From Marsupella aquatica (taxonomy: Eukaryota; Plantae; Marchantiophyta): DNA of 64,000 bases. Position 1 is the first letter of the stretch, and every line of letters begins with the position of its first letter. Under the pieces are notes generated by a model. It saw only the letters and a list, made by a program, of their open reading frames with translations. It was not told the DNA's origin and searched no databases. Positions 49,534-62,944 of the stretch are shown piece by piece. The position numbers were made by a program, and so were the translations under genes. The stretch is from positions 13,327,270 to 13,391,269 of the forward strand of contig OZ316892.1 in the NCBI GenBank assembly GCA_973895155.1, read 5' to 3'.

Positions 49534-52197
49534 ATGAAGAGCAGGCGTGATGGTGGGAAATCAGAGACTGGACGACGGCCAGGCAACCGAGCTCAAAGCA
49601 CGCCGTTTAAGAAGCGACCACACAAGCACACGGTAAGGCTCGGAGGTGGTGGGTTGAGCTTGGAAGCATTTGCAGCGGCGAAGAGCAAGCCGTTCATCAG
49701 CCCTGCGCAAATAAGTGAGTTTGCATTCCTTCTTAACCCATTTGCCGCACCTGTTTCCTTTCAGCGCGTTTCCTTGTCGGAGATTTCCAGTGTAAAGCGA
49801 AAGTTGGTGAAAAGCTAGTCAAACCCCTTGGAATTGCTAGGCTGTTCATTGAATGGGGTTCAAATCGTAAACAACTTGTTTACAATATCTGGAAAAACTT
49901 GCCGTAGAGTCTTGTTGTAGAGAATTTTTGTCTTAAGATTAAAGTTGAGTTCCGGGCTGTCTTCAGAATTTATAGCCTACTAAGGTACACAAGTTACTTA
50001 AATCTTCCATCCGATTAATGTTCGCCTCTTTTTTTCCGGTGCTCAAGGAATGTTCCGGACAGCATTCCAGTAGAGCATGTTGCCATAGCGTCCTGGCTGC
50101 AACTCGATTGCTGTTCTGGTGATTGGATCAGATTGATCGAATTGAAATGAATATAGTTAATTACAGTCCCTGCAGTCATCCCTGAAGGCCGTATGACTGA
50201 CTCCCAACTCAAGAAAAGACCGTTGTAAATTTCCTTTATAGCGCAGACGTTAAATATACGACGAATTGGAGGGAAATGCAATTGCCCGAGGGGGATAGTC
50301 GAGAACATAGTGGCAAGGGTGTCATTCCGGTCTTGACGACTCGGGCCCTGTCAGCATTAAGGCTGGCAGAATTCCAATTCCACCATTCCAATATGACAAA
50401 CGGAGTGAAGAACGGTCTTGCAATCGCCCAGTTTCAAAGCAGCCCCCTGACCGATCCAAGGAGACGCTGGATGGGGGTTTAAACAGTTTGTGCTGTGGGA
50501 AATTAAACTATTAGATCTCACTTTTGTGCACATAAAACAGGTTCAGGGTTTAGGGCTTGAGGGCACTTCAATGAAGCTGTCATGTGAATGAGTAAAAATT
50601 GAAGATGAATGGTTCTTGTTTAGTGATGATGTTCGTGAAATAAGCCCTAAAATTGTGCCACCCGATCGTTATAGTCGATATATCTTGATACGAAAAGCCA
50701 GCTCCTTCTCTTCCTTACCCATTCGATTGCTCAGCTTTGTAGAGAATTGTGACAGACGGTTCGTACTGCACAATTTCAATCCTGTGTACTACTGGGAGAG
50801 CTTTGGTCGACAGAACCCCAGTAAATCCTATTGCTGCAACAGTTGGACTTGAGGAAATGTACTGATAGGAGTACTGCGTGATGACTTTGATAGACAGTTT
50901 GAATCCGCACAATTACAGACCTGAGGAGTGAGTTCTTGCGATGGAGACTTTGATAGACAGTTTGAATCCGCACAATTACAGACCTGAGGAGTGAGTTCTT
51001 GCGATGGAAGTCAGATCTCAGGCGTTGTAAAGTCTTATATGATCCCCGTTCAATCCACTCATTCGATGAAAACATGTCAGATGGATTGAAGAAGAAATGC
51101 CATTTCCACCAATTAGATGAGATTTTTTCTCCGGAGGCAAATAGTGTTTGGACGTGTCATTCTGGGGACGGTTTTCTGTTGGCTGCCTCTTTGGATGGGC
51201 GGAAGGTAAGACCATCTCGGGTTGCGGCTACGTGTCCAGACAGTGGCTAGGAGTAGCCAGGCAAGAGCAGTTTTGGGAAGAAATTATGCTATGAACACAC
51301 GGTATGACAGCCACCGATAGTGTGCGATTACGGCGTTCATACCTATAGGAGGGTACTCAAAGCATAATTCTCTTCGATTTTAAGCTTTGGTATCACGTCT
51401 TAATGTTGTTATGCATGATTGCAGGAGACCACAGAGAGGTGTACACGAATGCAAAGAAGGTCCAGAAGTACAAGAAACTTGTGAAGCGACTTGGTGGAAA
51501 TGATCGGGGCTTAAAAGACGAGGAAGCAGTTGACTTACCTGTATTTTCTCTCACTTTATTGCTTTCCATACATTTGCAGTCTTGCTTTTTCGTAGTAGTC
51601 GCGTAGCTACTTGCGGTCGAGCAGACCAATTATGCACCCCAATCTATAAATTGTCTGTCATTCATCTAAGCTGTACAATCTAGGTTTTATAGCCTGTGAC
51701 AAGCTATCATCGTTGAAAGTTTCTTTATGTGGCATGCACAGTCAATTATTGAGTGTCGATTGAGGATACCTTTTAGGGCAGCTTTGTTAATTGCCAAGTC
51801 AATCCTATGTTACTGCGTCCAGGGCGAAGTGCAAGAGACAAATGACAAGAGTGCTCCTGCGAGTAAGAGCGCGGTAGGTTTTGGAAGCAGGAAACGTCCA
51901 CTCTTGAATACTGATGGAAAGCAGTATAAACATCGAAGACAGCAACTCCAACAGCCGAAAAGTAACTCTCATATGGAAATAGCAAGAGACAAATTTCAGA
52001 AAAAGGAGTTAGACGAGAAGGCAACAGACGGAGAGGAGCTGCATGGTGAGCAGCAACAGCCGAGGGAGACGGTACAGCATGATGGCAAAGTGACGCATGT
52101 AAGGCAAGAAAGGCTGAGGAAGAAAACACAACGGGGACAGCCTGTCATGAAGCACCAGATGGAGCGACTCCTGGAAGCTATCCAGCGAAGCTCATAA
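49534..52197 (+). CDS. rRNA-processing protein FYV7-like (basic nucleolar protein); 3 exons
   Basis: Exons 49534-49714, 51425-51540, 51823-52197 with GT-AG introns in phase. Motifs: LGGGGLSLEAFAAAKS, REVYTNAKKVQKYKKLVK, and C-terminal KKTQRGQPVMKHQMERLLEAIQ. Confidence 0.8.
50883..51008. repeat. Exact 63-bp tandem duplication in intron 1 of the FYV7-like gene
   Basis: GACTTTGATAGACAGTTTGAATCCGCACAATTACAGACCTGAGGAGTGAGTTCTTGCGATGGA occurs twice. Confidence 0.95.
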
Positions 52198-53008
52198 GCA
52201 ACATCCTGTGAGTTGAAAGTTTACAGCGGCATAGCAAAAGAGAGTTTCTTGTCGAGGGTGCGTACCCGGTGAAACTTAACCAGTTTCTGCTCCTTAAGTC
52301 GTTTGCAATTTACCAATTTTGCAAGCCAGTGGGGGTTAGGGGCCTACTGTAGCTGTCTAAGATTGGACGTGCAGGCCAAGACTGCGAGGAGTCAGCGGAT
52401 CTGCAAGGGATTTGCTGACATTGAAATTAGAAATCTGTTCTACGCTTTGAATGACCACTCCATAATGAATTATTTGGACATTGAGTACATCCGAGGCTGT
52501 ATCCCGAAAGCACTTCAGGGATTTCTTGATCATGAATCCTAGATAGTTGTCCACGTACGTGTGTGCTTGAAGCTCGTAATTGAAAACTAATCAGGAGACG
52601 CCTTAATAACTTACTATCCCATCCCATCCCATATGCTATAACAACTCAGTATAGTCGTTACCCTGGAGAGCTTTTATTTGGCTTGGAGGTTGAGATCCAT
52701 TCTAGAATCAATGCCATAGGCACAGGTGACCCTAGTTTTTAAAAACAAAAGCAGTATACAGGCGTAATCAGTTTTGAATGAAAGTCCTATGACAGTTTCG
52801 GCAAGTTTTCCAAGTGGAAATTTTTGAAGGCATCTCCATCTCCAAAGCTTACGAGTATGTCTGTCGACATTTACAATAATCTCCATGAATGGCCCTGATC
52901 ATGGACCAGGGCAGAAATAGGAGTCTTTGATTGCCCGAGCCAATCCTTAAACCTAATAATGAATGAAATCCTTCTAAGAATTGTTCACTTGTAATGCTAA
53001 GGAAATCG

Positions 53009-53618
53009 GTATCTGGAAATACTCTGCAATTCGCCACATAAACAGGAGAAAGTGTATTGCTGTATCTGGAAATACTCTGCAATTCGCCACATAAACAGGA
53101 GAAAGTGTATTGTTGTTTATTCATTTTTCTAACAATCAGACCGGGCCATGGGATCTACGCGTGCTCACTAATCAAGGCCGACGACATTTACAACTGTAAT
53201 AAAGGATCTTGCCTTTTTTCGTCCTTCGTCCCCATACTAAAAACTTCTGGGCAAGAAAGATCCACAACCGTTAGATTTGATTAGTTATTTTTGCTCACCA
53301 TTGATGAGAGAAATATACACCCCTATCACGTATTTACTTCACGCTGCCCCGTAATGCCCTCGGCCAATCCCTATGGGCCTGCCCTCCTTGCTTTGCACTG
53401 GCATAGGGCTAGTTCAGTATAAAGAGAAGTATAAAGAGAACAAACTCAAGAGTCGACTACGTAGTCAATTGGGGCTGCCCCATAATGCCCTCGGCCAATC
53501 CCTATGGACCTGCCCTCCTTGCACAATGCAAAGCACTGGCATAGGGCTCGTTCAGTATAAAGAGAAGTATAAAGAGAACAAACTCAATCAGAGTCGACGA
53601 CGTAGTCAATTGGGGCTG
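53009..53618. repeat. Two adjacent tandem duplications (53 bp and ~130 bp)
   Basis: GTATCTGGAAATACTCTGCAATTCGCCACATAAACAGGAGAAAGTGTATTG occurs twice (53009-53113). GCTGCCCC.TAATGCCCTCGGCCAATCCCTATGG...CGTAGTCAATTGGG occurs twice (53343-53618). Confidence 0.9.
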
Positions 53619-55018
53619 AAATCCATCGTGAGCAACAGGGGAAAGCCTACTGACATCTTCCCTCTTTTGATGCATTTCATTTCATTACAGGGCATTTTGA
53701 TATGAGTATCTTAGAAGAGGTACAAAAAAATTGCCACGCATCACTACTACTAGGAAACACGTATTTGAGTTGAATTCACATTCAATGGACTTCTTGAATG
53801 ATATTAATTCTTTTCATCCACTCCTACGCAGTCGACAGAGTGCACCGCTACAACAAGAGTACAACTGGTAACTATTCCAGAACACCCTCTTCTCCAACAG
53901 AACTATCCGTACTGTGTTTCCAAGCATGAGCATAATGAAAGCACAAGTCGAGCTTCAGAAAATTTCTCAAAATGGCACATGACCCAAAATCCTGATAATT
54001 GCGAGAATTCACCTTTACCTGTCTGGTCGATATTCGAGGTCATGTCCTAGAACCTTTATCTTTTAAGAAAATACAATAGCCTTCTATGTGGCCACCTCCA
54101 TGAACAAATTGCAGACATAATACACATCGGCCAACGACTTCGCATCAACACGTCAAACGGCACAACTTCTCGAAGTAAATAGCTGACGGTTGTAAGCTAG
54201 ACATGAGCACAACACTCATTCAGACGCTAAACCACAAAACGCTGGAGGGCTTACAGCATCAGAAGCCCATCTGCCACTCTTCGGTTCCAAGTTCTGCATC
54301 TTACACACCCACTTCACCCCTTTGGACCAGTCGAGAATAACAAGAGTGAGTTATACAAATAATGCCAATTCCCACCTGCTTTACAATTTGGTGCACGAAA
54401 TCAAGAACAGAGACCCATCAAGAGCCTTTCATCATTTCATTATCCTTAGGAGCCAACTTTCTGGCCATGGAACCGTCTGCCCACATGGAGTCACGAAATG
54501 AAGCTGCCAGCCTCGCCATGTATTAGACACATTCTCTAGAAATTATCTGATTCTGCAAAATTTTAATCTGAAAACATAAACCAAAAAACAATGATGTGCT
54601 CACACAATCTATGAGGTCAACTGTATCACTGAATCCAGCCAAGATCACTTCCAGTTATAGAACCTGGAACAACAGCCACCTCTCAGCCACAGCTTACTTG
54701 GAAATCTAGCTTGCGTAATGCCAGAAGCTTCACATCAGGCGGCGCTTGAGAATCAGGAACAAGAAATGAACCCATTCCATCAATGTTGTAGTTTAATCTT
54801 TTCAACGACCTTCTCCAATTTCGTCAAACTTGTTATGTACACTCTTCCCAAGCCTCACAGGGGCTCCAATCTGATCTACCTTTTAGACTGCACAATCGAT
54901 CCAGCCTCTTCCCCAAGCCAGCTTCTAGCCTAAGCTACGTCCTAAATCCAGACCTAGGACCACGCATTATTCTATCAAATGGCTATCAGTCCAGTCTCTC
55001 ACTGCTACAGCAAGCATT

Positions 55019-58000
55019 TCAATAGTTATTAGTCCATGTCTGTTGTGTACGCTGAGGTTGCTGATAACCTCCGGCCTGAGATCCACCCCCGGTACCTAAC
55101 GCTTGAGGCTGTTGAAGCAATTGATGTGTTGTTGGTGCTTGTCCTGATTGAGGAGGATGGTAAAGACTCCCATAAGCACCAGGATGCGTATGCCCATGAG
55201 AAGGCTGCTGTGCATGGGCATAGGTTCCATGCTGTCCTTGCCCTGGCATATTATAGTACGAGCTTGCCTGCATACCTCCTACTCCCATATCTCTGGACAA
55301 CGGTGCTTGTATCCAAACTGTTGACCCTTCCTGCAAAATGAAAGAAACCAAGTCAACGCAAAAGAAAACCAGGAAAGCCCACTAGAGAACAACAAGCTTT
55401 ACTTGTTCCTCTCGCTGCATCTCACAATGAGTCAGAAAGATATTGAGCTGGGTTTCACAGCCTATGCCACATCACAAAGAGGATGTTGGTGGTCGATGGG
55501 AAGTACCTGCTGACTTTGGATATATATGCTATCCTTGTACTGCTGAACCCCTACATCATCATATCCAGTTGTGCTCCCCACTGTCACTGAAGGATTGGCT
55601 GCATAGCCAGACGGCGCGGAGCTATAACCACCATACCCAGGTGCAGCAGCTGAGGGTGGCCCGATGCCACTAGCACTTCCAGGTTTATATTGTGGAAGTG
55701 GATACTTGACAGTGGTAGCCCCGCCTGGGGGGTATGTACTGGAAGCGGCAGCTGGATAACTGCTTCCTGTGGGTGCCTGGGGATAAACACTATTAGCTGT
55801 GTAATTGTGCTGGTACTGGGGGTGACTATGCATGTAAGCGTAGCTAGGTTGAATGTACTGATATCCAAAAACGTTGGCAAAGTGATGTCCAAGAGGTGCT
55901 CCTCCGGGTTGTCCAGTGTAAGCATGCAGTGGTAAAGGCTGTTGTTGTACAGGTGATACGGTCTGCCCATTTCCAGTCTGCGATGTCTGCGCAGCTGGAA
56001 CTGGAGGAAGGACAGGATTTCCACTCTGCATATGTGCAAACGCTCCTGCAGGTTGGCCAGTATAGGCGTGTAGTGGCAAAGGCTGTTGTGGAACAGGTGC
56101 TACAGTCTGTCCATTTCCAGTTTGCGACGTCTGTGAAGCTGGAACTGGAGGCAGGACAGAATTTCCACCCTGCATACAACAGCAATTAACAAACACAACA
56201 GATTAAGGTTTCTGCATCGCTTATTGCGGCGCGGATTGCCCATTGTCTTTCGGGAGATCTTTAACAACTAGGGTGCGAAGACCAAGACATAAACCTGTGG
56301 AATGGTTGGGAAACAGAGCAAACTGCACGATTCAGCACAAACTAGGAAAGCCTGAGACACAAAAGAAAGTAGCTACTGAACACGAAAATATGTTGGATTG
56401 TTAAACAGAAAATCTGGGAGAAAACTAGACAACCAAGAAAGCCCTCTCCACTCTCAGGCGATTGACGAACTTTTACACTTACCTCCTGAGAAGGAACATT
56501 TTGCCCAGTCAGATTGACCAACCCCATGTTCCCGTTGTACTTATTGGAAGCGTTGGAGGTAACAAAAGGATATCGTCCATCTCCCTCTGATCCAGGCCTA
56601 TATATAGGAGTGTAAAAACTCGGAGTGGGGTCTGCGTATGGCTGGAATAACAAAGGAAATGTCAGTGTGGTGGTTCCTTCAAAATGAACCGTGCAAGCTT
56701 TAGAAGACTTCTGCTGACCGCAGATAATGCTTCTATTAGATTGAAAATAAGACCTCGAAAAGGGTAAGACAAATGAGAGATAGAAGGAGGAGGCTGTCTC
56801 TAGCAAGGCCTACCCTGTCAGATCAGAAAACATCAACATAAATTTCAATCTGAGAGAACTAGGAAGTAGTCGGTAAGAAAATATCCAATACTGGGAAGAT
56901 CTCTCCTAAAACCCCAAGCTGTTGACTCACACTCAATTTATTAAGATTAAAAGCGTACCAGACAGACACTGGTCAGAGGGACATCCATTGTAAAAGAAGC
57001 ATACCACAAGGCTTGGCAAGCGTGTGGCATCAGGGGGCTGCGTCTCCGATGCCTCATATGTATACTGCCCCACAGGAACTTGCTGCATCACATTGAAACC
57101 TCCATAATTTGGTATAGCTGGCAAGTATGGGTAATGAGGACCCTGATGTGCCAGAGGATCAAGCTTTGGAAGGTCAGTCTGTAAAACTGTAGGCGCCGGT
57201 AGGGTAACAGCAGAAGTCTCATTACTAACCACCAACACCTCTTCTGGGGCAGATATTGATTGATGTGCATAACTCTGACTCAGAGCTGCTGAACCCGTGT
57301 TCGATGCACTGCAACCACCAGAACTTGAACGGTCAATGTCAAATAATGACTTATTTCCTCCGTCCAAATAAGCCAAAAATGGGACCACCAAGAAAAGAAA
57401 AGAAAAGAACCTACCTTGAAGAAGTTGATGGTTCAACAGGAGGCTCAATCACAGCTGTATTCTCAGCCGTGGAGATAGTTGCCTTACTGCTATCTTCCGG
57501 GACAAAACTGGCAGGGAAACTCGTACCAAAGCCTGCTGCAAAACTCCCGAAGCTTAAATGTGTCTGTTCTGATTCTGCAACCTGGAGGTGGTTCGGGATA
57601 ATGACAGGCTGATCATCATGAATACTGATAGACTTCAGCTTGGAAGTTGTTGCTGCCACTAATCCAGAGTCCCCTGACACAGAAGGTGAAGATGGTCTAA
57701 CTGCCTCAGACAGCGAGGGTGTATTCACTGCTCCTAAACTCCCAGGAACTTGTAAGACTACTTTTGGTTTCCACTCCAGGCCAGCTCCTGTGGCTGAAAA
57801 ACAAAACCAAAAAAAAACTCAGTTACCCCTCAGTCAACTTACACAAACGGATATGATGTGAAACTCACTGAGAACACAATGAAAATGAAATAAAAGTGAT
57901 AAAACTGGAGAAAATCCAGGTCAATCACAAGTTGGATGAACTTTCTAAAACCGGCGTAGAAACATTCTCCCAACATTAACATTCTGCTTCAAACAACAAT

Positions 58001-61000
58001 CGACAACATAGCGAAGTAGACACAAATCTTTGCAGTTGAGATGTTATGGACAGTAGGAAATAGGGAGCACTGCTCCTCATAAAAACTGCTCCAAAGCATT
58101 GCTCGAAAAGTAAGCCGAAAATGCAAAGTTTGGTTCACAGAAGCTGGTAAACACAAACCTTTTTGAGTGCCCACAGGATGTTGTTGTGACAAATAAACTG
58201 GCCTGCTGAAAGCACCACCGACAACTTGTGCTCGAGATCCAGGCAATCCGCCTGGAGAAGTCACTGCCCCATGTCTTGGCTGAGCTCCAACAGAGTTACT
58301 GGCATCTGCGATGGGGTGAGAAGCAGGGCGATCTTGTAGAATGGGTGTTGGAACTGAGACAGAAGGACTACTTGGTCTTGTGGCTTTAGTGTCTCTATCC
58401 GGACCGACGACAGCTACTGGAGAGCTGCTACTTGTCTGGGGTGTCTGTAATGATGCAGAAGTAATAGGTGGTGCAGACAATGAATCCATTGAAGAAGATG
58501 ACCAATCCCCCTTCGTTCGCTGATTGCCAACAGTCCCAATCTCTCGCTTGATCGCACCTGAAGTACCAGTCGCCCGGGGATCAAGAGACGGATGTAGAAC
58601 AGGATCTGTTGAAGATGAATAAACCCCTGAAGACACAGGCGTCGAAGCAGTCGCGGCAATGCCGTACTGCTGAGAGGCACTTGTAGAAACAGGGGCTGCA
58701 GGGGAGTTGGTAGCAGGTGGAGTGGTCAAACCAGATGGCTGAACGGGGGTACCATTAGCCTTTACAATGTCAGCCATCGTTGTATGTCCAGACGCTGTAG
58801 CACCCCATGATCCTTGAGGCACAGGAGAAGACCGCATAAACGAAGGGCTACCATTCTGGAGGCCAGGCGAAGGAGCTACAGTTGCTGCAGGTCCAGGATG
58901 GCTGCTGCAAGGAACAGTCGATCGGTTAGCAAATACTACAGCTAATGTAGGAAATCAAGGTTTTCCTCTTAGTCAAATCCTCGACACTAACCATTTTCCC
59001 CCAACTTTCCCAATCTATCTCCAAAAACAATATCTCTAACAAGCAAGATTGCGATTAGCATGCTCCATGCAGAGAAAACAATCAGCGACCAGAGTATTTG
59101 CCTCGACTCGGTAAGAAGGATCCACCGTCTAAAGTCGAAATCTTCAAACCAAAAAATATGGGTGGCACAAGACTTTAGAAGAGTTTTAACGGTATTAAAA
59201 ATGTGAAATCAGGAATGTAAGATTCAAACTTATCATGATTATTTCTCAGCTGGGCTCGGAAGGGTATGGACAGAAAGGTCTTGTCATCCCAACCTTACCC
59301 AGTTCCCCTCCAGGTCAGTTGAGGTGATTTATTATCGAAAACTGTTATCCTTAATTTATGCTCACAACAAGAGTGCTTCGACTTACAGTCCTCACAGAAT
59401 CTTCCAATTTCTTTTCTTTAATATGTAATAAAGCCCACCAGCTCCATAATTCTCCTGGATTTAGAATTCAGAAGAGGCCCATGAGATGAAGGCTGAAAGT
59501 TTGCAAGCCATAATATTTTAATTACAAAGTTTATACTTACAGAGCACCAAGGATATTTAATCACAACCCTCGCTACCTCTTGATCGTCCGTAAAGAGGTA
59601 ACTCACCTTGATCCCGATGTGAAGGGCTTCCCTTGCCCATACGACGGTGCAACCGATCCTGTTGAGCCACCGGATGCGTTCGAAACTCTAGAACTTGTAT
59701 TTACACCGCCATTCTCCCTTGGTAGGGAGGACTTCGCTCTACCCCCACCGGAATCTGCAAGAATGGATTTACACAAGTTGCTCATGGACACCGGACTCTC
59801 AATACGTTCCGTGACGACAAACAACAACTGCCACAGGCTGCTATCAATACAACAATCGAAATTTTCAACGGAATCCAGAACTGTAGGGACTGATAACAGT
59901 GGACTGAAATCAGGCTTCTTTCATACCATTTGATGGACGTCGAGACAACGAGCCTCCCCTTCCAGAACCCCGCTCCAACGTTCCACCTCTTCCTCCCCTT
60001 GTTTGTGTCCCACCACTTGCAGGTCTCACTTTATTGTCTGCCCCTGCCTTGTTCCACTGCAATGCATAAGAACAGAAACTTAGAATCTCTAAACTCGGAA
60101 ACCAGAGAAGCAATGAAGGAGACTTATCCCCACTTGATATCCCAAGACGCCTTGGCCCACTCAAGCATACTGCATACTAACTTTATCACGGTTAGCTTGA
60201 CTGTCCATTTTAAGCTCTGGTGCTAGGTATGACAAAGACTCAGGTTGACAGTCAAACTCAACTACCAGCTCTATGAAAGACAGCCCAGATAATGTGCGTC
60301 AGGAACTATATTGTGAGGTTTACACCCGTTCTTTCAATTCGAGATCATTTCAAGGAATATCGGCGGGGGAAAGGTTTGACGGCCGAATTCCTGACCGCTG
60401 AAAAGCGGAAGCACGCGTTTGGATCAACAGGCTTAAAGACGACCGGTAAGCTCACGAATGCTGGACATATCTGTTTCGTGCAAGAATGCGAACATTGCCA
60501 TTGTTCCGTCCAATAAGCTACCTCTTCTTTCATCTTAAGAAAATGTAAGAATTAGTGCTCGTCTACAGCCAAAGGTCCCCAAAAGAAAGAACTTACCTCC
60601 TTTTTCTTGTCCCGCTTTCTCTTTACTTCATGAAAAGGATCTGCAGCACGCAAGTAATCAGGTGAGAGGATATAGTTTATGGGTAAACCACCAAATGCAA
60701 GCACTCAAAAGACTGGAAACACTACACGGACCGCAATGTTGTGGGCAGAAAAACTGGAAAGAAATGTCAAAAGACCTCAGTTCAATTTAATAAATATTTC
60801 GGGTTAGTTTGCGTAGATATCAATAGTTGAGTTGGATGACGCTGGCTACTTCAACAATGATGAATTGGAGGATGGAAACCCCAACCTATTATTGCGTCAT
60901 TCAACATCAAAGACGGCCAATGCTCAGCTGACGAGTATTTAGACGGCAATGCAGACTTCTAGAAGATACGAACAAAGGATGTCGGAAGCCGGCTCGAAAC

Positions 61001-61770
61001 TAGGAACTCGCGTTCGACAAGAAATATAAAACTGAAAAAAACAGGTCACTACCAAGGAAATACGGAAGTCGTAAACGAAAACAACGCATTTTCCTGAACC
61101 TCGTTGTTATTAGGAGCCGCAATCCACAAGGAGACTATAAAACGGTTTCCGAATCGTGTGATAGAGTCTGGCATTACAATGAAGGACGAAACCCCAGACA
61201 ATGTGTCGGACGCGTCAATATTCTATTCCTTTGAGACAGCGAAATCATGGGAATCGACTTGAGATAATTACCAGGCTCAACGGAAGACTGTCAACTGTCA
61301 ATCTACACTAAGCTGGAAGAAGAGAGAGAGAGAGAGAGAGAGGCATGTTCATCACGTTGGCCTAGAAGCCAACGGCAAATACAAGGACAAGGAAATAATG
61401 GGTAAAGAACAGTACGCAGTGAAACGAACCTTCCACATTATGTGAAACAACACACGCGGCCCCCAAATCCGCGAACCCCAACAAACAAAAAACTAAAAAC
61501 TAAACGGGACAAGGAAAAAGCGGAACGAGATTATAAGAGCAGAAAAAGAGAGAAGAGGAACGAGGAACGAGGAAAAGGGGAAGAAAAATCCCTACCCTGA
61601 TTCAAAAGCCTCTGCACGGTTTCATTGGGATCCATGTTACACTCCTTGAGAACCGTATAGATCTCGTCCTCGCCATTGGGAACGATCTCCTTTAAGCTCT
61701 GCACAGTCTTTCGGGCATTAGCGGGAATGGCCGCAGAGCCTGCCCCGGCTCCCGCCCTACTACTGCTCAT
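55019..61770 (-). CDS. GBF-interacting protein 1-like / DUF1296 (N-terminal UBA-like domain, long S/P/Q/G-rich tail); 10 exons
   Basis: Exons (minus strand): 61770-61596, 60640-60597, 60056-59927, 59754-59607, 58904-58159, 57787-57415, 57308-57005, 56641-56483, 56169-55507, 55330-55019. Family motifs: RKTVQSLKEIV...EIYTVLKECNMDPNETVQRLLNQDPFHEVKRKRDKKKE, TMADIVK, EWKPK, VIIPNHLQV...LSFGSF, KYPLPQYKPG, EGSTVWIQ. Confidence 0.9.
61321..61342. repeat. (GA)n microsatellite
   Basis: AG dinucleotide run in GIP1 intron 1. Confidence 0.9.
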
Positions 61771-62448
61771 TGTTTCCGTTCCGATGCTTGCGGCACCGGC
61801 CACCCCACCACGCACCTCCTATTCCCACTCCACTCCTCCTTCCGCCGCTACCACGAGGTTTATATCACGCCAACGATCGGAAGAGAAACGAACTCACCTT
61901 CTCACAAAAAACTCCGCCACACATAACCCTCCTCCTCCTCCTCCTCCTCCTCTCTCTACTAATCACTGTTTTCTCGTCCCGTCATGCTCCACAACCCGGC
62001 CCCCAAACCCTCTCCTCTATCTGCTTCACAGCTTTCGAGTCCGTGTCCGTTGTCCGGGCGTTCAGCATATCAGCAGTCCCTCCCTCCCCCCTCGATCCGT
62101 CTGTCGATTAGACGTCCTTCCTATCCCCTCCCTCCTCTTGACCTTCCTGCCGTGTTGAATGCTGCCGTCGTCGACCGCTTGCCAATGCCCTGACCCTGAC
62201 CTGTTGGGGGGAAAACCGACGAGCAAGCAGAGCAGAGCAGCAGGGGAGGACGAGAACGAGTAATGACGACGTCGGTCAATGAGCACCGGTGCAGCGCCCC
62301 GACACTACACTACACAACACAACACAGAGTATCCTTCCTCTCTGTTCTCAATAGGGTTCCGTCGCCAACCTCTGCACTACTCACTACTACTACGCTCCTT
62401 ATTACTACACAGAAGGGCCGCGCGTGTGACGAGCTCTGAGCCTTGCCG

Positions 62449-62944
62449 AAGGTTTCGCTCACTTTACACACCACAGTCCATGGCGGGCAAGGTTTCCCTC
62501 ACTTTACATACCACAGTCCAGAGCGAAAGAAAGGGATCGGCACAACTTACGCTCTCTCTTAGTACTGTAGTAAGGGCGTGACAGCATCGTTCGCTCACTT
62601 TACAGACCACAGTCCAGAGCGGGCACGGTTTCACTCACTTTGCATACCACAGTCCAGAGCGGGCAAGGTTTCGCTCGCTTTACTTACCACAGTCCAGAGC
62701 AAAAGAAAGGGATTTCTACAACTTACTTACTTACGCGCTCTCTAGTAGCGGGTAAGGTTTCCCTCACTTTACATACCACAGTCCACAGCGAAAGAAAGGG
62801 ATCGGCACGACTTACGCTCTCTCTTAGGACTGTAGTAAGGGCGGACCGGGCAAGGTTTCGCTCACTTTACATACCACAGTCCACAGCGAAAGAAAGGGCT
62901 CGGTACTACTTACGCTAGCTCGGGTACCGTAGTAGGGGCGTGAC
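62449..62944. repeat. Composite tandem array upstream of the GIP1-like gene
   Basis: Seven copies of a ~40-bp unit (AAGGTTTCGCTCACTTTACATACCACAGTCCAGAGC) are interleaved with four copies of a second module (AAAGAAAGGGATCGGCACAACTTACGCTCTCT...GTAGTAAGGGCG). Confidence 0.88.

Noticed and set aside
2323-61595. U12-type introns
   Set aside because: None of the modelled donors has the (G/A)TATCCTT consensus.
2164-61770. A functional gene cluster or novel system formed by the five genes
   Set aside because: They are unrelated housekeeping families (sphingolipid synthesis, RNA binding, chromatin, ribosome biogenesis), and nothing in the sequence links them.
62449-62944. CRISPR-like repeat-spacer array
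   Set aside because: The intervening segments are themselves repeats rather than unique spacers, there are no cas genes, and the context is eukaryotic.
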